Assembly (NCBI GenBank): GCA_043779265.1
Contig: JAYWEM010000165.1
Coordinates: forward strand, 1-16,597
DNA from: a bacterium
GTDB taxonomy: Bacteria > Eisenbacteria > RBG-16-71-46
DNA length: 16,597 nt
Direction of reading: 5' to 3'
This document shows, piece by piece, positions 15,525 to 16,597 of the stretch (position 1 is the first letter of the stretch; every line of letters starts with the position of its first letter). Position numbers and translations under genes: made by a program. The notes under the pieces were generated by a model. It was not told the DNA's origin and made no database searches. It saw only the letters and a list, made by a program, of their open reading frames with translations.

Positions 15525-16597
15525 TCATCGGTCGCGCGCGGCGAGTGGCTCCGGCCCCGCATTGCGACGCAGGTAGACGACGACGGCACGCGCCGGCGTG
15601 ACGCCGGTGACCGCGGTGCCGATCGTGCGACCAGCGATCCATTGGATGCCGTGCAGCCCTCGACCACGCGCGGACTGCTCGAGCCACGCCCCGATGCCGT
15701 CGCTGCGCAGCATCGCCAGGGCAGGCGTCTCGCAGGGCTCCGCGACGCCGAGGAAGCCATTGACCTCGGGGAACGGCGGCCCGGGCCAACCGAAACTGCA
15801 CGCGACGAAGTCCGACAGCGTCTGCCACGCACCAAGCGGGTTCACGAGCAGGCTGTCCGAGAATCCCGGTTGGAGCGGCATGTAGAGCCGCGCGGAAACG
15901 ATCGGTGCGTTCGCAAGGGCGGCCGGAGCACCGCGGAAGTGCATCGCGAGGGAGTGCCCGGGCCCGGCGAACTGCGTGGTCGAGTTGCAGTACTGGATCC
16001 GGGGCGTCTGGAGACGCGAACCACCATAGTCACTCATCGCCCAGGTGACCGAATCGACCGCCCAGCCCTCGGGATACGTGTCGAACGCCATCGGTCGCCC
16101 GGCGAGACGCTCACCCGTCAATACATTCTCGGTCGTGACGCTCCAGTGGACGCGCGCGCCGCGCGGCCAGGCCAGCCGAGGCAGGAAGGCCAGCGCCGTG
16201 CCGCGCTGAAGTGCCGGGATCGTCCGATTGGCCACCGCCGCCGAATCCGTCGAGGCGTACACCTCGTGGATCATCTGGTTCGACACGCCGCCATTGCCGC
16301 CCCATCCCATCATCACGAGCGGACCCTCGCGCGCGAGCGAGTCCGGATAGCTGTAGGTCGGCCGGCGCAGGCTGTTCGTCTTGAACTGGAAGAACCGCCG
16401 CTCGCCGAGGCTGGTTCCATCGAGCGCCTGCAAGTCGGCTGCGAACTCGACGGTGTAGGTGCGCTGCAACTGCAGCGTGACGCGCGGGCGGAGCCGGATA
16501 CGGCGCGGAGCCGGCTCATACGAGATCGCGCAGGACACGCGTTGCGTGTCGAGCTTGAGGAACACGCTCGTGCTATCCACCGAACTCGCCTCGAGCG
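15525..16597 (-). CDS. Ig-like (Big_5/SbsA-like) domain-containing exported protein, 5' end outside the window
   Basis: The frame is open to the window edge (LEASSVDSTSVFL..). RRIRLRPRVTLQLQRTYTVEFAADLQALDGTSLGERRFFQFKT resembles the Big_5 consensus. The C-terminal part contains APIVSARLYM. Confidence 0.7.
   Translation of the reverse strand, partial: LEASSVDSTSVFLKLDTQRVSCAISYEPAPRRIRLRPRVTLQLQRTYTVEFAADLQALDGTSLGERRFFQFKTNSLRRPTYSYPDSLAREGPLVMMGWGGNGGVSNQMIHEVYASTDSAAVANRTIPALQRGTALAFLPRLAWPRGARVHWSVTTENVLTGERLAGRPMAFDTYPEGWAVDSVTWAMSDYGGSRLQTPRIQYCNSTTQFAGPGHSLAMHFRGAPAALANAPIVSARLYMPLQPGFSDSLLVNPLGAWQTLSDFVACSFGWPGPPFPEVNGFLGVAEPCETPALAMLRSDGIGAWLEQSARGRGLHGIQWIAGRTIGTAVTGVTPARAVVVYLRRNAGPEPLAARDR

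Overview
High-GC chromosomal window with eight supportable genes; no RNA genes, CRISPR arrays or mobile elements were seen. On the minus strand: a cold-shock-domain protein fused to two Cys4 zinc-ribbon-like domains through Gly/Tyr-rich linkers, with a long structured leader; a YprB/MrfB-type RNase H-like exonuclease preceded 4 nt upstream by a class I SAM methyltransferase; an MrfA/YprA-type DExH helicase with a DUF1998 zinc domain; a secreted 12-blade Kelch-like protein; a translationally coupled pair of paralogous exported proteins of unknown function; and a 5'-truncated Ig-like protein. The only plus-strand gene encodes a 1702-aa secreted protein with eight tandem ~165-aa lamin-tail-like repeats, and it lies between the helicase and the MTase-exonuclease pair. 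Both large secreted proteins end in the same T9SS/FlgD-Ig-like C-terminal module, which suggests (inference only) an FCB-associated lineage such as Ca. Eisenbacteria.
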